In this document: one piece after another, positions 8,241 to 16,732 of the stretch
Layout of the letters: each line of letters opens with the position of its first letter
Numbering within the stretch: position 1 is the first letter of the stretch
From: Sphingomonas paucimobilis
Lineage (GTDB): Bacteria; Pseudomonadota; Alphaproteobacteria; Sphingomonadales; Sphingomonadaceae
Length of the DNA: 39,072 nt
NCBI GenBank assembly: GCA_945860425.1
Contig: CAMAQU010000001.1
Coordinates: 1 to 39,072, forward strand
Direction: 5' to 3'
The notes under the pieces: generated by a model
Told to the model about the DNA's origin: nothing
What the model saw: the letters and a program-made list of their open reading frames with translations, nothing else
The model's database searches: none
Translations under genes and position numbers: made by a program

Positions 8241-9458
8241 ATGTCGGACACGCGCAAGACCAAAGCTGAAACCCGCCTCACCCATGCTGGCCGCCGGGCC
8301 GAATGGACAAGCCTTGCCCAAGGGCGCGGTGGCATCGTCAATCCGCCGGTCTGGCGCGCCTCGACCATTCTCTATGAGGATGTAGCGCATTTGCGGCAGG
8401 GCACGCAGACCAACCGCGATGGCGACTTATTCTATGGCCGGCGGGGCACGCCGACCCAATGGGCGCTGGCAGAGGCGATTACTCAGATGGAGCCGGGGGC
8501 AGAGGGCACGATGCTCTATCCCTCCGGCGTCGCCGCGGTCACTGGGGCCCTGCTCTCCATCCTCAAGCCGGGCGACCATCTATTAATGGTGGATTCCGCC
8601 TATGATCCCACGCGCAATTTTTGTGATGGGTTTTTGAAAAATTGGGGCGTGGAAACCAGCTATTATGATCCGTTGTTGGGCGCGGATATTGCGCCTTTGA
8701 TCCGCCCCAATACGCGCGCCATTTTCCTTGAATCACCGGGGAGTCTCACCTTTGAGGTGCAGGATGTGCCTGCCCTTGTCGCTGTTGCGCAGGCGCATGG
8801 CCTGAAAACGGTGATGGACAATACCTGGGCAACGGCCCTGTTCTTCACAGGCATTGAAAAGGGCGTTGATCTCGTTGTGACAGCGGCTACCAAATATTTG
8901 GGCGGGCACAGCGATGTGATGATGGGCGCGGTGACGGCCAATGTCGCAAGCTGGCCCGCCTTGCGCCGTACAGCGCAGATGCTCGGCCATTTTGTCGGTG
9001 CGGATGACAGCTATTTGGTGCTGCGGGGCCTGCGCACGCTGGCCTTGCGGCTGGGCCAGCATCAGGACAGCGCCCTTCACATTGCGCACTGGTTGGCTGA
9101 ACAGCCAGATGTGGCGCGCGTTCTGCACCCTGGGCTCCCCACGGACCCCGGCCATGCGATTTGGCGGCGTGATTTTGCCGGGGCCAGCGGGCTGTTTGGC
9201 TTTGTATTGAACGGCGGGGATGAGGCCGCGCGGGCCGCGCTGATCGATGGGCTGGGCCTGTTCGGCATCGGCTATAGCTGGGGCGGGTATGAAAGCCTTG
9301 CTCTGCCCGTTGATCCCCAAAATTATCGAACCGCAACGCGCTGGATGGCAGAGGGCCCGGTCATCCGCCTGAGCATTGGTTTGGAGCATCCGGACGACCT
9401 GATTGCTGATCTGGCAGACGGGCTGGCCCGGTTTCGTCGGGCGCGCGACGGGCAATAA
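8241..9458 (+). CDS. metC: Cystathionine beta-lyase
   Basis: VNPPVWRAST, YGRRGTPT, ESPGSLTFEVQD, PLP lysine TKYLGGHSD, GYSWGGYESL. Confidence 0.93.
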   Translation: MSDTRKTKAETRLTHAGRRAEWTSLAQGRGGIVNPPVWRASTILYEDVAHLRQGTQTNRDGDLFYGRRGTPTQWALAEAITQMEPGAEGTMLYPSGVAAVTGALLSILKPGDHLLMVDSAYDPTRNFCDGFLKNWGVETSYYDPLLGADIAPLIRPNTRAIFLESPGSLTFEVQDVPALVAVAQAHGLKTVMDNTWATALFFTGIEKGVDLVVTAATKYLGGHSDVMMGAVTANVASWPALRRTAQMLGHFVGADDSYLVLRGLRTLALRLGQHQDSALHIAHWLAEQPDVARVLHPGLPTDPGHAIWRRDFAGASGLFGFVLNGGDEAARAALIDGLGLFGIGYSWGGYESLALPVDPQNYRTATRWMAEGPVIRLSIGLEHPDDLIADLADGLARFRRARDGQ

Positions 9459-9531
9459 TCCCTCAAGTCATATTGCGCGCCTCGTTTGCTCCCCCTATCT
9501 CTAAGGGCGACCCAAGCGGGAGAGAGACATA

Positions 9532-10125
9532 ATGACGAGCGCCTTTTCAAAATTGCACCTTGCCCTTGTTCCAGCCGTGCTGGCTGCGTCTGGCTGCGGC
9601 CTCAACAGCGTGCCGACCGAGGAAGAAAATGCGAAGGCCAAATGGGCCAATGTGCAGGCCGATTATCAGCGCCGGGCCGATCTCATCCCCAATCTTGTCG
9701 AAACGGTGAAGGGCTATGCCAAGCAGGAACAATCCGTGCTCGTCGAGGTGACCAATGCCCGCGCCCGCGCCACCTCTGTGCAGCTGAGCGCCAATGATTT
9801 GACCGATCCGGCCAAGGTGCAGCGGTTTCAGCAAGCGCAAGGTGCGTTAAGCCAGGGGCTGGGCCGCCTGCTCGCCACGACAGAGGCCTATCCGGATCTG
9901 AAGTCCAACACCAATTTCCTCGCCCTGCAATCGCAGTTGGAGGGAACGGAGAACCGCATCAATATTTCCATCAAGGATTATAATGAAGCGGTGCAAAGCT
10001 ATAACACCACAATCCGCACCTTCCCGGATGCAGTTGGGGCAAAGCTGTTTTACGGGGCAAAGCCAATGACGCCCTATCAGGCAACAGCCCCCAATGCGGA
10101 TCGTGCGCCGCAGGTGAAGTTCTGA
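9532..10125 (+). CDS. lemA: LemA family protein
   Basis: YQRRADLIPNLVETVKGYA, EAYPDLK, LQSQLEGTENRI; lipobox-like ASGC. Confidence 0.93.
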   Translation: MTSAFSKLHLALVPAVLAASGCGLNSVPTEEENAKAKWANVQADYQRRADLIPNLVETVKGYAKQEQSVLVEVTNARARATSVQLSANDLTDPAKVQRFQQAQGALSQGLGRLLATTEAYPDLKSNTNFLALQSQLEGTENRINISIKDYNEAVQSYNTTIRTFPDAVGAKLFYGAKPMTPYQATAPNADRAPQVKF

Positions 10126-10139
10126 CCCACGGCACATCC

Positions 10140-10910
10140 ATGAACTGGGTCACGCGCGGACTGGTCAGCTTTCTCCTGCTGGCCTCGGTCGGGTCGCCCG
10201 GCTTTGCCCAGAGCTTCCCCAAGCCCAATAATACGCGGGTGGTGGATGCGGCCAATCTCTTGCCGCCTGCGGAGGAAAGCGCGCTGGATCAGCAATTGGC
10301 GGGTTTTGAAAAAGCCACGGGGCGGCAATTTGTTGTCGCGACCATCCCCGATCTTCAGGGCTATCCCATTGAGGATTATGGCTATCGATTGGGTCGCGCC
10401 TGGGGCATTGGATCTAAGGAGAAGGATGATGGGGCGCTGCTGATCGCTGCGCCCAAGGATCGCAAGGTGCGCATCGAGGTGGGCTATGGGCTGGAGCCTT
10501 ATTTGACCGATGCCTTATCGAGCGTGATCATCAACACGCAGATTTTGCCTTTGTTTAAGGCGGGCGATTATCCCGGTGGCATCACGGCCGGGGCGGATGC
10601 GGTTATGGAGCAATTGCAACTTCCCCCAGAAGAAGCGGCTGCGCGCGTCAAGGCGGCAGACGCCCCGTCAGAGCATAAGGGCGGCATTCCCATTGCGCTC
10701 ATTTTCTGGGCAGTTGTGCTGCTCTTTGTCGTCTTGCCCGGCATTTTTGGCGGGCGGCGCGGACGGCGGCATCGTGGCATTGCGCCGGTCATGATCTGGG
10801 GCCCGGGTGATTGGGGTGGCTCTCGTGGCGGTGGCTTCGGCGGCGGCTTTGGCGGTTTTTCGGGTGGCGGCGGCGGCTTTGGGGGCGGTGGCGCCTCGGG
10901 GAGTTGGTGA
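10140..10910 (+). CDS. TPM-domain (YgcG-like) membrane protein with Gly-rich tail
   Basis: RVVDAANLL, WGIG...DDG.LL, RIEVGYGLE..LTD, TM helix, FSGGGGGFGGGGASGSW. Confidence 0.9.
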   Translation: MNWVTRGLVSFLLLASVGSPGFAQSFPKPNNTRVVDAANLLPPAEESALDQQLAGFEKATGRQFVVATIPDLQGYPIEDYGYRLGRAWGIGSKEKDDGALLIAAPKDRKVRIEVGYGLEPYLTDALSSVIINTQILPLFKAGDYPGGITAGADAVMEQLQLPPEEAAARVKAADAPSEHKGGIPIALIFWAVVLLFVVLPGIFGGRRGRRHRGIAPVMIWGPGDWGGSRGGGFGGGFGGFSGGGGGFGGGGASGSW

Positions 10911-11593
10911 TGGCACACAGGCTTGAGATAACGCCGGAGGATCAGGCGCGCGTGGACGCGGCCGTCCGCGCGGCGGAGGACCGGACCTCGGGAGAGATTG
11001 TCACCATCATCACGCACCAGTCGGATGATTATGCCGATGTTGCTCTATGGTGGTCGGCGGGCGTAGCCTTGCTGGCCTTGATCGCGTTGGTTTTACTGCC
11101 GGATTTTTACATGGGCCTTGTCGATCGTCTGCTCGGCCGTTGGGCCTTTGATTGGACGCCGCGCGCCGTGCTTGAACTGGCGATGACGGTTGCATCGCTC
11201 AAATTTGCGGCGATGTGGCTTTTGCTCTTGTGGCGGCCGGCGCGCCTTTGGTTCACCCCGCGCCCTGTGCTTGCCGGGCGGGTGCGGCGCCGCGCCATCA
11301 ATTATTTCCGAGTGGGTGCGGAACGCCGCACAACAGGGCGGACGGGTGTTCTGCTCTATGTCTCTCTTGCGGAGCATCGCGCAGAAATTGTGGCGGATGA
11401 ATCGATCCACGCCAAAGTCGCACAAGCAGCCTGGGGCGATGCGATGGCGGACATGATCGTGCACGTGCGCGAGGGGCGCATCGGCGAGGGCATGGCGGCA
11501 GCCGTTGCGGATGTGGGGGACATATTGGCCGCCCATTTCCCGCGCGCGGCAGATGACAAAAACGAACTGCCCGATCGATTGATCACATTGTGA
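10910..11593 (+). CDS. TPM-domain membrane protein (second of pair)
   Basis: AV.AAE.RTSGEIV, T.GRTGVLLY.S.AEH.AEIVAD, HFP....NELPD; start overlaps upstream stop (TGATG). Confidence 0.85.
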   Translation: MAHRLEITPEDQARVDAAVRAAEDRTSGEIVTIITHQSDDYADVALWWSAGVALLALIALVLLPDFYMGLVDRLLGRWAFDWTPRAVLELAMTVASLKFAAMWLLLLWRPARLWFTPRPVLAGRVRRRAINYFRVGAERRTTGRTGVLLYVSLAEHRAEIVADESIHAKVAQAAWGDAMADMIVHVREGRIGEGMAAAVADVGDILAAHFPRAADDKNELPDRLITL

Positions 11594-12141
11594 CGCAGGA
11601 CGCGGAAGCCGAAAAAATTGTCTGGCAAGGCCGATTCATCACCGCCAAGACCCGGGGCAAATGGGAATATGTCTCCCGCGCGCGCGGCATTAAGGCCGCG
11701 GTGATCCTTGCGGTTGAGGACGGGCATGTTCTGCTTGTGGAGCAATATCGCGAGCCATTGGGCGCGCCTTGCCTTGAGCTGCCAGCAGGGTTGGTTGGTG
11801 ATGAACGGGCAGGCGAGGTGGTGGAAGCTGCCGCCGCGCGCGAGCTGGAGGAAGAAACCGGCTATCGCCCGACGCAGGTGACGATGATTGGGGAGTTTTA
11901 TTCTTCCCCGGGCATGGTCAGTGAAAGCTTTTATTTCGTCCGGGCCAGCGGGCTGGAGAAGGTGGGCGATGGCGGCGGGGTGGAGGATGAGAATATCATC
12001 GTGCACCGCGTGCCCTTGGGCGAAGTTGCAGAGTTTATGGCCCGCAAACGTGCCGAAGGCTGCGCGATGGATGTGAAGCTTGTCGCGCTTTTGGGGCCGA
12101 TGCTCCTTGGCCTCCCAGCTGATGCGGATTCACCTGCTTAA
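11590..12141 (+). CDS. NUDIX hydrolase (ADP-ribose pyrophosphatase-like)
   Basis: ELPAGLVGD, Nudix box AARELEEETG, SPG...E; GTGA overlap with upstream gene. Confidence 0.9.
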   Translation: MTQDAEAEKIVWQGRFITAKTRGKWEYVSRARGIKAAVILAVEDGHVLLVEQYREPLGAPCLELPAGLVGDERAGEVVEAAAARELEEETGYRPTQVTMIGEFYSSPGMVSESFYFVRASGLEKVGDGGGVEDENIIVHRVPLGEVAEFMARKRAEGCAMDVKLVALLGPMLLGLPADADSPA

Positions 12142-12180
12142 TTTTTAGGCAGCGCTGAGATGCTGCTTGTGAATCGGGCA
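12135..12180 (+). promoter_or_regulatory. Tandem NtrC-like enhancer sites TGCTTAATTTTTAGGCA (12135-12151) and TGCTTGTGAATCGGGCA (12164-12180)
   Basis: Two 17-bp TGC-N11-GCA boxes about 80-120 bp upstream of a sigma54 promoter of glnK. Confidence 0.7.
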
Positions 12181-12256
12181 GATGGTCCTGCGGCCTCTGC
12201 TGAATAAAGGGTCGATTCTACTCTGTATCACCCTGTTTTCGGGCAATTGTCAAAAT

Positions 12257-12272
12257 TGGCACGCCCCTTGCT
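12257..12272 (+). promoter_or_regulatory. Sigma54 (-24/-12) promoter TGGCAC-N5-TTGCT of glnK-amtB
   Basis: Exact match to the TGGCAC-N5-TTGCW consensus. Confidence 0.88.
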
Positions 12273-12304
12273 TGGTAGTCCCTGACCAAATCCAAGGGGG
12301 TCTA

Positions 12305-12643
12305 ATGAAACTGATCATCGCCATTATCAAACCATTCAAGCTGGACGATGTTCGCGAGGCGCTGACCGCGCTTGGCGTGTCCGGCATGACTGTTACCGAA
12401 GTCAAAGGCTTCGGCCGCCAAAAAGGCCAAACCGAGATTTATCGCGGGGCCGAATATTCAACCAACATGGTGCCCAAGGTGAAGGTGGAGGTCGCCTGCG
12501 ACGATGCCGTCGCGGATCGCGCGCTCGAGGCCATTCAGCAAGCCGCCAACACCGGATCCATTGGGGACGGTAAAATCTTCATGCTCGACCTTGGGGCGGC
12601 GGTTCGTATCCGCACCGGGGAAACGGGCGCGGTCGCACTCTAA
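12305..12643 (+). CDS. glnK: P-II family nitrogen regulator GlnK
   Basis: MKLIIAIIKPFKLDDV, GFGRQKG.TEIYRGAEY, IGDGKIF, VRIRTGE; 112 aa; directly upstream of amtB. Confidence 0.96.
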   Translation: MKLIIAIIKPFKLDDVREALTALGVSGMTVTEVKGFGRQKGQTEIYRGAEYSTNMVPKVKVEVACDDAVADRALEAIQQAANTGSIGDGKIFMLDLGAAVRIRTGETGAVAL

Positions 12644-12660
12644 AGATAAGCAGGGGACAT

Positions 12661-14067
12661 ATGACCAAATTCACAAAATGGATTGCAGGGGCGGCGACGA
12701 TGATCGCAACCACCCCTGCTTTTGCGCAGGACGGGCCAATTAAGGCCCCGACCGTCGAACAAATGGCCAGTATGGTCGATAAAGGTGACACAAGCTGGAT
12801 GCTCATTTCATCGGCATTGGTGTTGCTCATGTCGATTCCGGCGCTCGCGCTTTTCTATGGTGGGCTTGTCCGCACCAAGAATATGCTGAGCTTGCTCATG
12901 CAGGTGTTCATGATCGTGTCGATTGCCGCTCTTGTTTGGGTGAGCTGGGGCTACACGCTCGCCTTTACCAGCGGCACGCCGTTCATTGGTGGGATGTCTA
13001 AAGCCTTTCTTCAGGGCGTAGATGCCACAACGCTGGCGGCCACCTTCTCCAACAATGTCTATATTCCGGAATATGCCTTTGTTGTGTTCCAGATGACATT
13101 TGCTTGCATTACGCCCGCGCTCATTGTCGGGGCCTTTGCGGAACGCATTAAATTTGCGCCGCTGATGCTCTTTGTCGTGGCCTGGTTGACGATCGTCTAT
13201 TTCCCGATTGCGCACATGGTTTGGTATTGGGCTGGCCCCGACTTCCTGGCCGATGCACCGACTGATGTTGGTCTGCTCTGGGGCATGGGCGCGCTCGACT
13301 TTGCGGGTGGCACCGTGGTGCACATTAATGCGGGTATCGCGGGCCTTGTCGGCTGCCTCATGATTGGCAAGCGTCTGGGCTATGGCCGGGAAGCTACGCC
13401 GCCGCACTCGCTGACCATGACCATGATCGGCGCGTCGCTGCTCTGGGTGGGTTGGTTCGGCTTTAATGCAGGCTCCAATTTGGAAGCCAATGGCTTGGCC
13501 GCACTCGCCTTCATCAACACCTTTGTTGCAACGGCTGCCGCTGCTGTCGCTTGGGCAATTGTTGAACAGATCCATCATGGCCGTCCCTCGCTTCTGGGCG
13601 CTGTCACAGGGGCTGTGGCCGGGCTTGTCGCGATCACTCCGGCATCGGGCTTTGCCGCACCAATGACGGCGATTGTCCTGGGCCTGCTCGTCTCGCCCAT
13701 TTGCTACCTGTTCGTCGCTGTTGTGAAGAACAAGTTGAAATATGACGATACGCTCGACGTGTTTGGCGTTCACTGTGTTGGTGGCATTGTTGGTGCCATT
13801 GGCACGGGCATTGTCGCTGATCCCGCACTCGGCGGCCAGGGCTTCTTCGACTACACCGTCTTCCCGGCGGTCGTCGGCAGCTATGACATGGCAGGTCAGG
13901 TCATCACGCAGGTGAAGGCAGTTGCCATCACCCTGCTCTGGTCTGGCATCGGGTCGGCTGTTCTTTTCTTCATCCTCGACAAGACCATGGGTCTGCGTCC
14001 GAGCGAAGATGCAGAGCGCGAAGGCCTTGACCTCTCAAGCCATGGCGAACGCGCTTATAACTATTAA
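12661..14067 (+). CDS. amtB: Ammonium transporter AmtB
   Basis: FYGGLVR.KN, FQMTFACITPAL, DFAGGTVVHINAG, LLWVGWFGFNAGS, DDTLDVFGVH. Confidence 0.97.
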   Translation: MTKFTKWIAGAATMIATTPAFAQDGPIKAPTVEQMASMVDKGDTSWMLISSALVLLMSIPALALFYGGLVRTKNMLSLLMQVFMIVSIAALVWVSWGYTLAFTSGTPFIGGMSKAFLQGVDATTLAATFSNNVYIPEYAFVVFQMTFACITPALIVGAFAERIKFAPLMLFVVAWLTIVYFPIAHMVWYWAGPDFLADAPTDVGLLWGMGALDFAGGTVVHINAGIAGLVGCLMIGKRLGYGREATPPHSLTMTMIGASLLWVGWFGFNAGSNLEANGLAALAFINTFVATAAAAVAWAIVEQIHHGRPSLLGAVTGAVAGLVAITPASGFAAPMTAIVLGLLVSPICYLFVAVVKNKLKYDDTLDVFGVHCVGGIVGAIGTGIVADPALGGQGFFDYTVFPAVVGSYDMAGQVITQVKAVAITLLWSGIGSAVLFFILDKTMGLRPSEDAEREGLDLSSHGERAYNY

Positions 14068-14083
14068 GCGCAGTCACAAGTTT

Positions 14084-14182
14084 GGGGCGTCGCACTCCTC
14101 TCCCACATTGAGCGGCGCCCCTCCCCAGGTTCCTCCTGCGAACCTTACTGGGCCGGCACGGAAACGTGTCGGCCTCTCTTTT
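14084..14182 (+). ncRNA. Candidate 3'UTR-derived small RNA of glnK-amtB (two anti-SD-loop hairpins plus terminator)
   Basis: Stem 14084-14093/14112-14121 with loop ACUCCUCUCCCACAUUGA; stem AGGUUC/GAACCU with loop CUCCUGC; terminator hairpin. Confidence 0.5.
14151..14182 (+). terminator. Intrinsic terminator GGCCGGCACG-GAAA-CGTGTCGGCC-TCTCTTTT
   Basis: 10-bp stem, GNRA loop, pyrimidine/U tail; lies between convergent amtB and the TonB receptor. Confidence 0.8.
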
Positions 14183-14183
14183 G

Positions 14184-16220
14184 TCAGTTGATGCGGACAC
14201 CAACCCACAGCGTGCGCGGCGTTGCGCGTTCGACAACGCCCGTTGCGCTGATGGCAGTATCGACCGTCTTGTCCGCAAGATTTTCGCCCCGCAGAACGAG
14301 CGAAACCCGCTTGCTCAGCGGCACAGCGACAATGCCGTCGATCGTGAAGGTAGACCCAAGCCGCCGACTATTGGCATCATCTTCAAACTGGGCCGAGACA
14401 TAGCGACCGGTGAGCGAGGTGGTGCGCCACCCCAATGTGGCGCTGGCCATATGCTTGGGCACTTGCGCCGGACGCAGGCCGTTGAGCGCGCGGGCGGCAT
14501 TGGTCCCCGTGATGCGCGCATCGGACAGGGCATAGCTCGCCGACAATGCCCAATCCCCCAAGGCATAACGGGCATCGAGCTCCAGCCCATGGCTGCGCAC
14601 GGCGTCCAGATTCAACCGCTGACGATAGGCCCCGCTGACAAAGCCGACGCCGGGAAACGTGCCGGGGCCGCTTGCGAGGGTGACATTGCCAATGGCGTCG
14701 CGCAGGCGGTTGGTGAAGGCGGTTGCGCGCAGCACCAGCCCATCTGCCGGGCGCACATCCATCCCGATTTCGGCCCCCCGCATTGTCTCTGGCTTGAGCG
14801 CGGGGTTGGCGGCCGTCGCATCGGCCCCGACGCGAAAGGGACGATAGAGTTCATTCAGTGTGGGCAAGCGCCAGCCAAAATAGGCGGCAGAGCGCAGCAT
14901 GATCGATCCTGCATCAAAGGCGATCCCGGCGCGCGCCGTGGGTTCCCACCCCTGTCGATCCGGCGCGATGTCATTGCGCAACGATGCCCCCGTCGCCAGC
15001 GTGCGTTCCAGCAAGCGGCCCTTCTTGATCCACCAGCGATCGGCCCGAACGCCGCCCGTCAGCGTGACCGGGCCATGCAGCGCCGAAAGCTCGGCAAAGG
15101 CTCCGGCGGTATCGCTTGTTCCCCCCGCTTCGCGGATGCGGGTGGGGGCGCCTGCGACATAGGTGAACAGTTCATTGGTTTCGCCAATTGCCCGCCGCCA
15201 ATCTGCGCCCAGTCGCAGCTCGACCGCCTTGCCCAGTGGGGGCCGCACTTCAATCCGCCCGCCCAATCCGGTGGACGGCACGTTAAACTGATCGACGGAG
15301 GGGGTCGCGGTTGTCCTCCCTGCATTGATGGCAACGGCGCGGCTGGTGAATTTGCGCAGCTGAACATAGGCCAGCGCCTGCACGCCCCAATTGCCGCGAT
15401 GGACAAGCCTCAGGCTCGCATCCTCGCCATCGCCGCCATTTTCGGAAAAAAACGTGCCCCGGTCCCTCCGGTCGGTAAAGCCAAGCAGCGACGCCTGAAG
15501 TTCCGTTTCGCCCGACAGGGGAACAACACCGCGTGCGGCCAATGTCGCCTGCTCATAAGGGGCGGGCCGATCCACGCTGCCGCGCTGCCCGGCGACAATT
15601 GGGATGAAGCCATGACTGCGGGCGTAACTGCCAGAGATAAAGCCAAATCCGCTGCCGACACGCCCGCCCAAAAGGGCGCTGCCTTCAACCGATTGGCGGC
15701 TGCCCTGGGCCAGGCTGGCGGACAGGCCATTGGCCTCCCCGCCGACACTGTCCATTTCAATCGTGCCCGCCAGCGCCCCAGACCCATAGATGCCCGATCC
15801 GCCACCGCGCGTGACGCGCACTTGGCCGAGGCGTTCCGGCGCATAGGCCGGCCAGCTGATCCAGCCGCCAAAGGGGTCGCTCTGCGGCACACCATCGAGC
15901 ACGAGCAAGGCGCGGCTAGACGCATTGCCGCCCAGCCCGCGCAATGTGGCCCCTTGGCTGGTCGCATTGGCAGAGCGGGCGTCGCTGCGGCGAAATTGGC
16001 TGAGGCCCGCAACATCGCGCAGCACATCTTCGATTCGGCCGGACGCCGTGGCGATGATCCGATCGCGGTCAATCCGCGCCACATCATAAGCGGCGCCCCC
16101 AATCGACACGGGCAGCGCCTGCCCCGTGACAATAATCTCACCTTCCGCACCAAAGGCCGGGCTGAATGGCGTGATCAGTGCGGAAGAGACAAGGGCGGAG
16201 GAGAGGAGGAGCGGCTTCAT
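14184..16220 (-). CDS. TonB-dependent outer-membrane receptor
   Basis: Signal peptide, TonB-box-like EIIVTG, plug motifs LRGLG..RALLVLDGVP and RGGGSG.YG.GALAG.I, barrel motifs R.PTLNELY, NP.LKPE, ENLAD; start 16220 or 16229. Confidence 0.9.
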   Translation of the reverse strand: MKPLLLSSALVSSALITPFSPAFGAEGEIIVTGQALPVSIGGAAYDVARIDRDRIIATASGRIEDVLRDVAGLSQFRRSDARSANATSQGATLRGLGGNASSRALLVLDGVPQSDPFGGWISWPAYAPERLGQVRVTRGGGSGIYGSGALAGTIEMDSVGGEANGLSASLAQGSRQSVEGSALLGGRVGSGFGFISGSYARSHGFIPIVAGQRGSVDRPAPYEQATLAARGVVPLSGETELQASLLGFTDRRDRGTFFSENGGDGEDASLRLVHRGNWGVQALAYVQLRKFTSRAVAINAGRTTATPSVDQFNVPSTGLGGRIEVRPPLGKAVELRLGADWRRAIGETNELFTYVAGAPTRIREAGGTSDTAGAFAELSALHGPVTLTGGVRADRWWIKKGRLLERTLATGASLRNDIAPDRQGWEPTARAGIAFDAGSIMLRSAAYFGWRLPTLNELYRPFRVGADATAANPALKPETMRGAEIGMDVRPADGLVLRATAFTNRLRDAIGNVTLASGPGTFPGVGFVSGAYRQRLNLDAVRSHGLELDARYALGDWALSASYALSDARITGTNAARALNGLRPAQVPKHMASATLGWRTTSLTGRYVSAQFEDDANSRRLGSTFTIDGIVAVPLSKRVSLVLRGENLADKTVDTAISATGVVERATPRTLWVGVRIN

Positions 16221-16275
16221 CCCCGTCATGTGGCAGCCCTGCCCAGAAGATGAAAGAGCCTCATACTTTATGGGG

Positions 16276-16683
16276 TTATCGCACCCACCGATCATGCGTT
16301 GGAATGTCGGTGGGCAGACGGTGCCAGTCTTCGGCATCGCTGGCAAAGGCCGCAAATTCCGCGCCACCGAAATCGTCCTGATTATCCAGACTGCCGATTT
16401 TCAGAATCACGCCCTGGGGGAAGCTGGGCGCGCGGGTGAACAGATGCGTGCCGCATGTCGGGCAAAATTCCCGCGTCACAGCGCCCTGAATGTCCGACCG
16501 CGCAAAGCCGGTGACGTTGCCCTTGGTGACCTCAAATCCTTCATTGAGGACAGCCATGCCCATGACGGGGCCGCCGCCTGAGATATAGCGGCATTCCCGG
16601 CAATAGCATTCAAACTTCATAAAGCCCGGCCCTTCGGCTTTATACTGGACTTCCCCGCAATAGCAGCGTCCTGTGATCGACAT
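16276..16683 (-). CDS. GFA/CENP-V family Zn-binding protein
   Basis: TGRCYCG, CYCRECR, REFCPTCG; GAGAGGA RBS. Confidence 0.88.
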   Translation of the reverse strand: MSITGRCYCGEVQYKAEGPGFMKFECYCRECRYISGGGPVMGMAVLNEGFEVTKGNVTGFARSDIQGAVTREFCPTCGTHLFTRAPSFPQGVILKIGSLDNQDDFGGAEFAAFASDAEDWHRLPTDIPTHDRWVR

Positions 16684-16732
16684 ATGCGTTTCCTCTCTTA
16701 ATCTTCGGGGGGCATCACCGCCGCTATATGGG

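Noticed and set aside
10811-10905. GGC-rich tandem-like repeat
   Set aside because: It encodes the normal Gly-rich C-terminus of TPM proteins and is not an array or mobile repeat.
16197-16211. GGAGGAGAGGAGGAG run complementary to the sRNA seed
   Set aside because: It is on the non-coding strand of the TBDR signal peptide (Leu-Leu-Leu-Ser-Ser codons), so it is not an mRNA target and is explained by coding.
14166-16253. 695-aa plus-strand ORF antisense to the TonB receptor
   Set aside because: Shadow ORF typical of GC-rich coding DNA. It has no recognisable motifs, while the minus strand has clear TBDR motifs. The same applies to other long antisense ORFs (12808-13773, 16673-17641, 6054-7001, 35593-36636).
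16221-16275. Cobalamin or TPP riboswitch upstream of the TonB receptor
   Set aside because: The gap is only about 55 bp and has no B12-box or TPP motifs.
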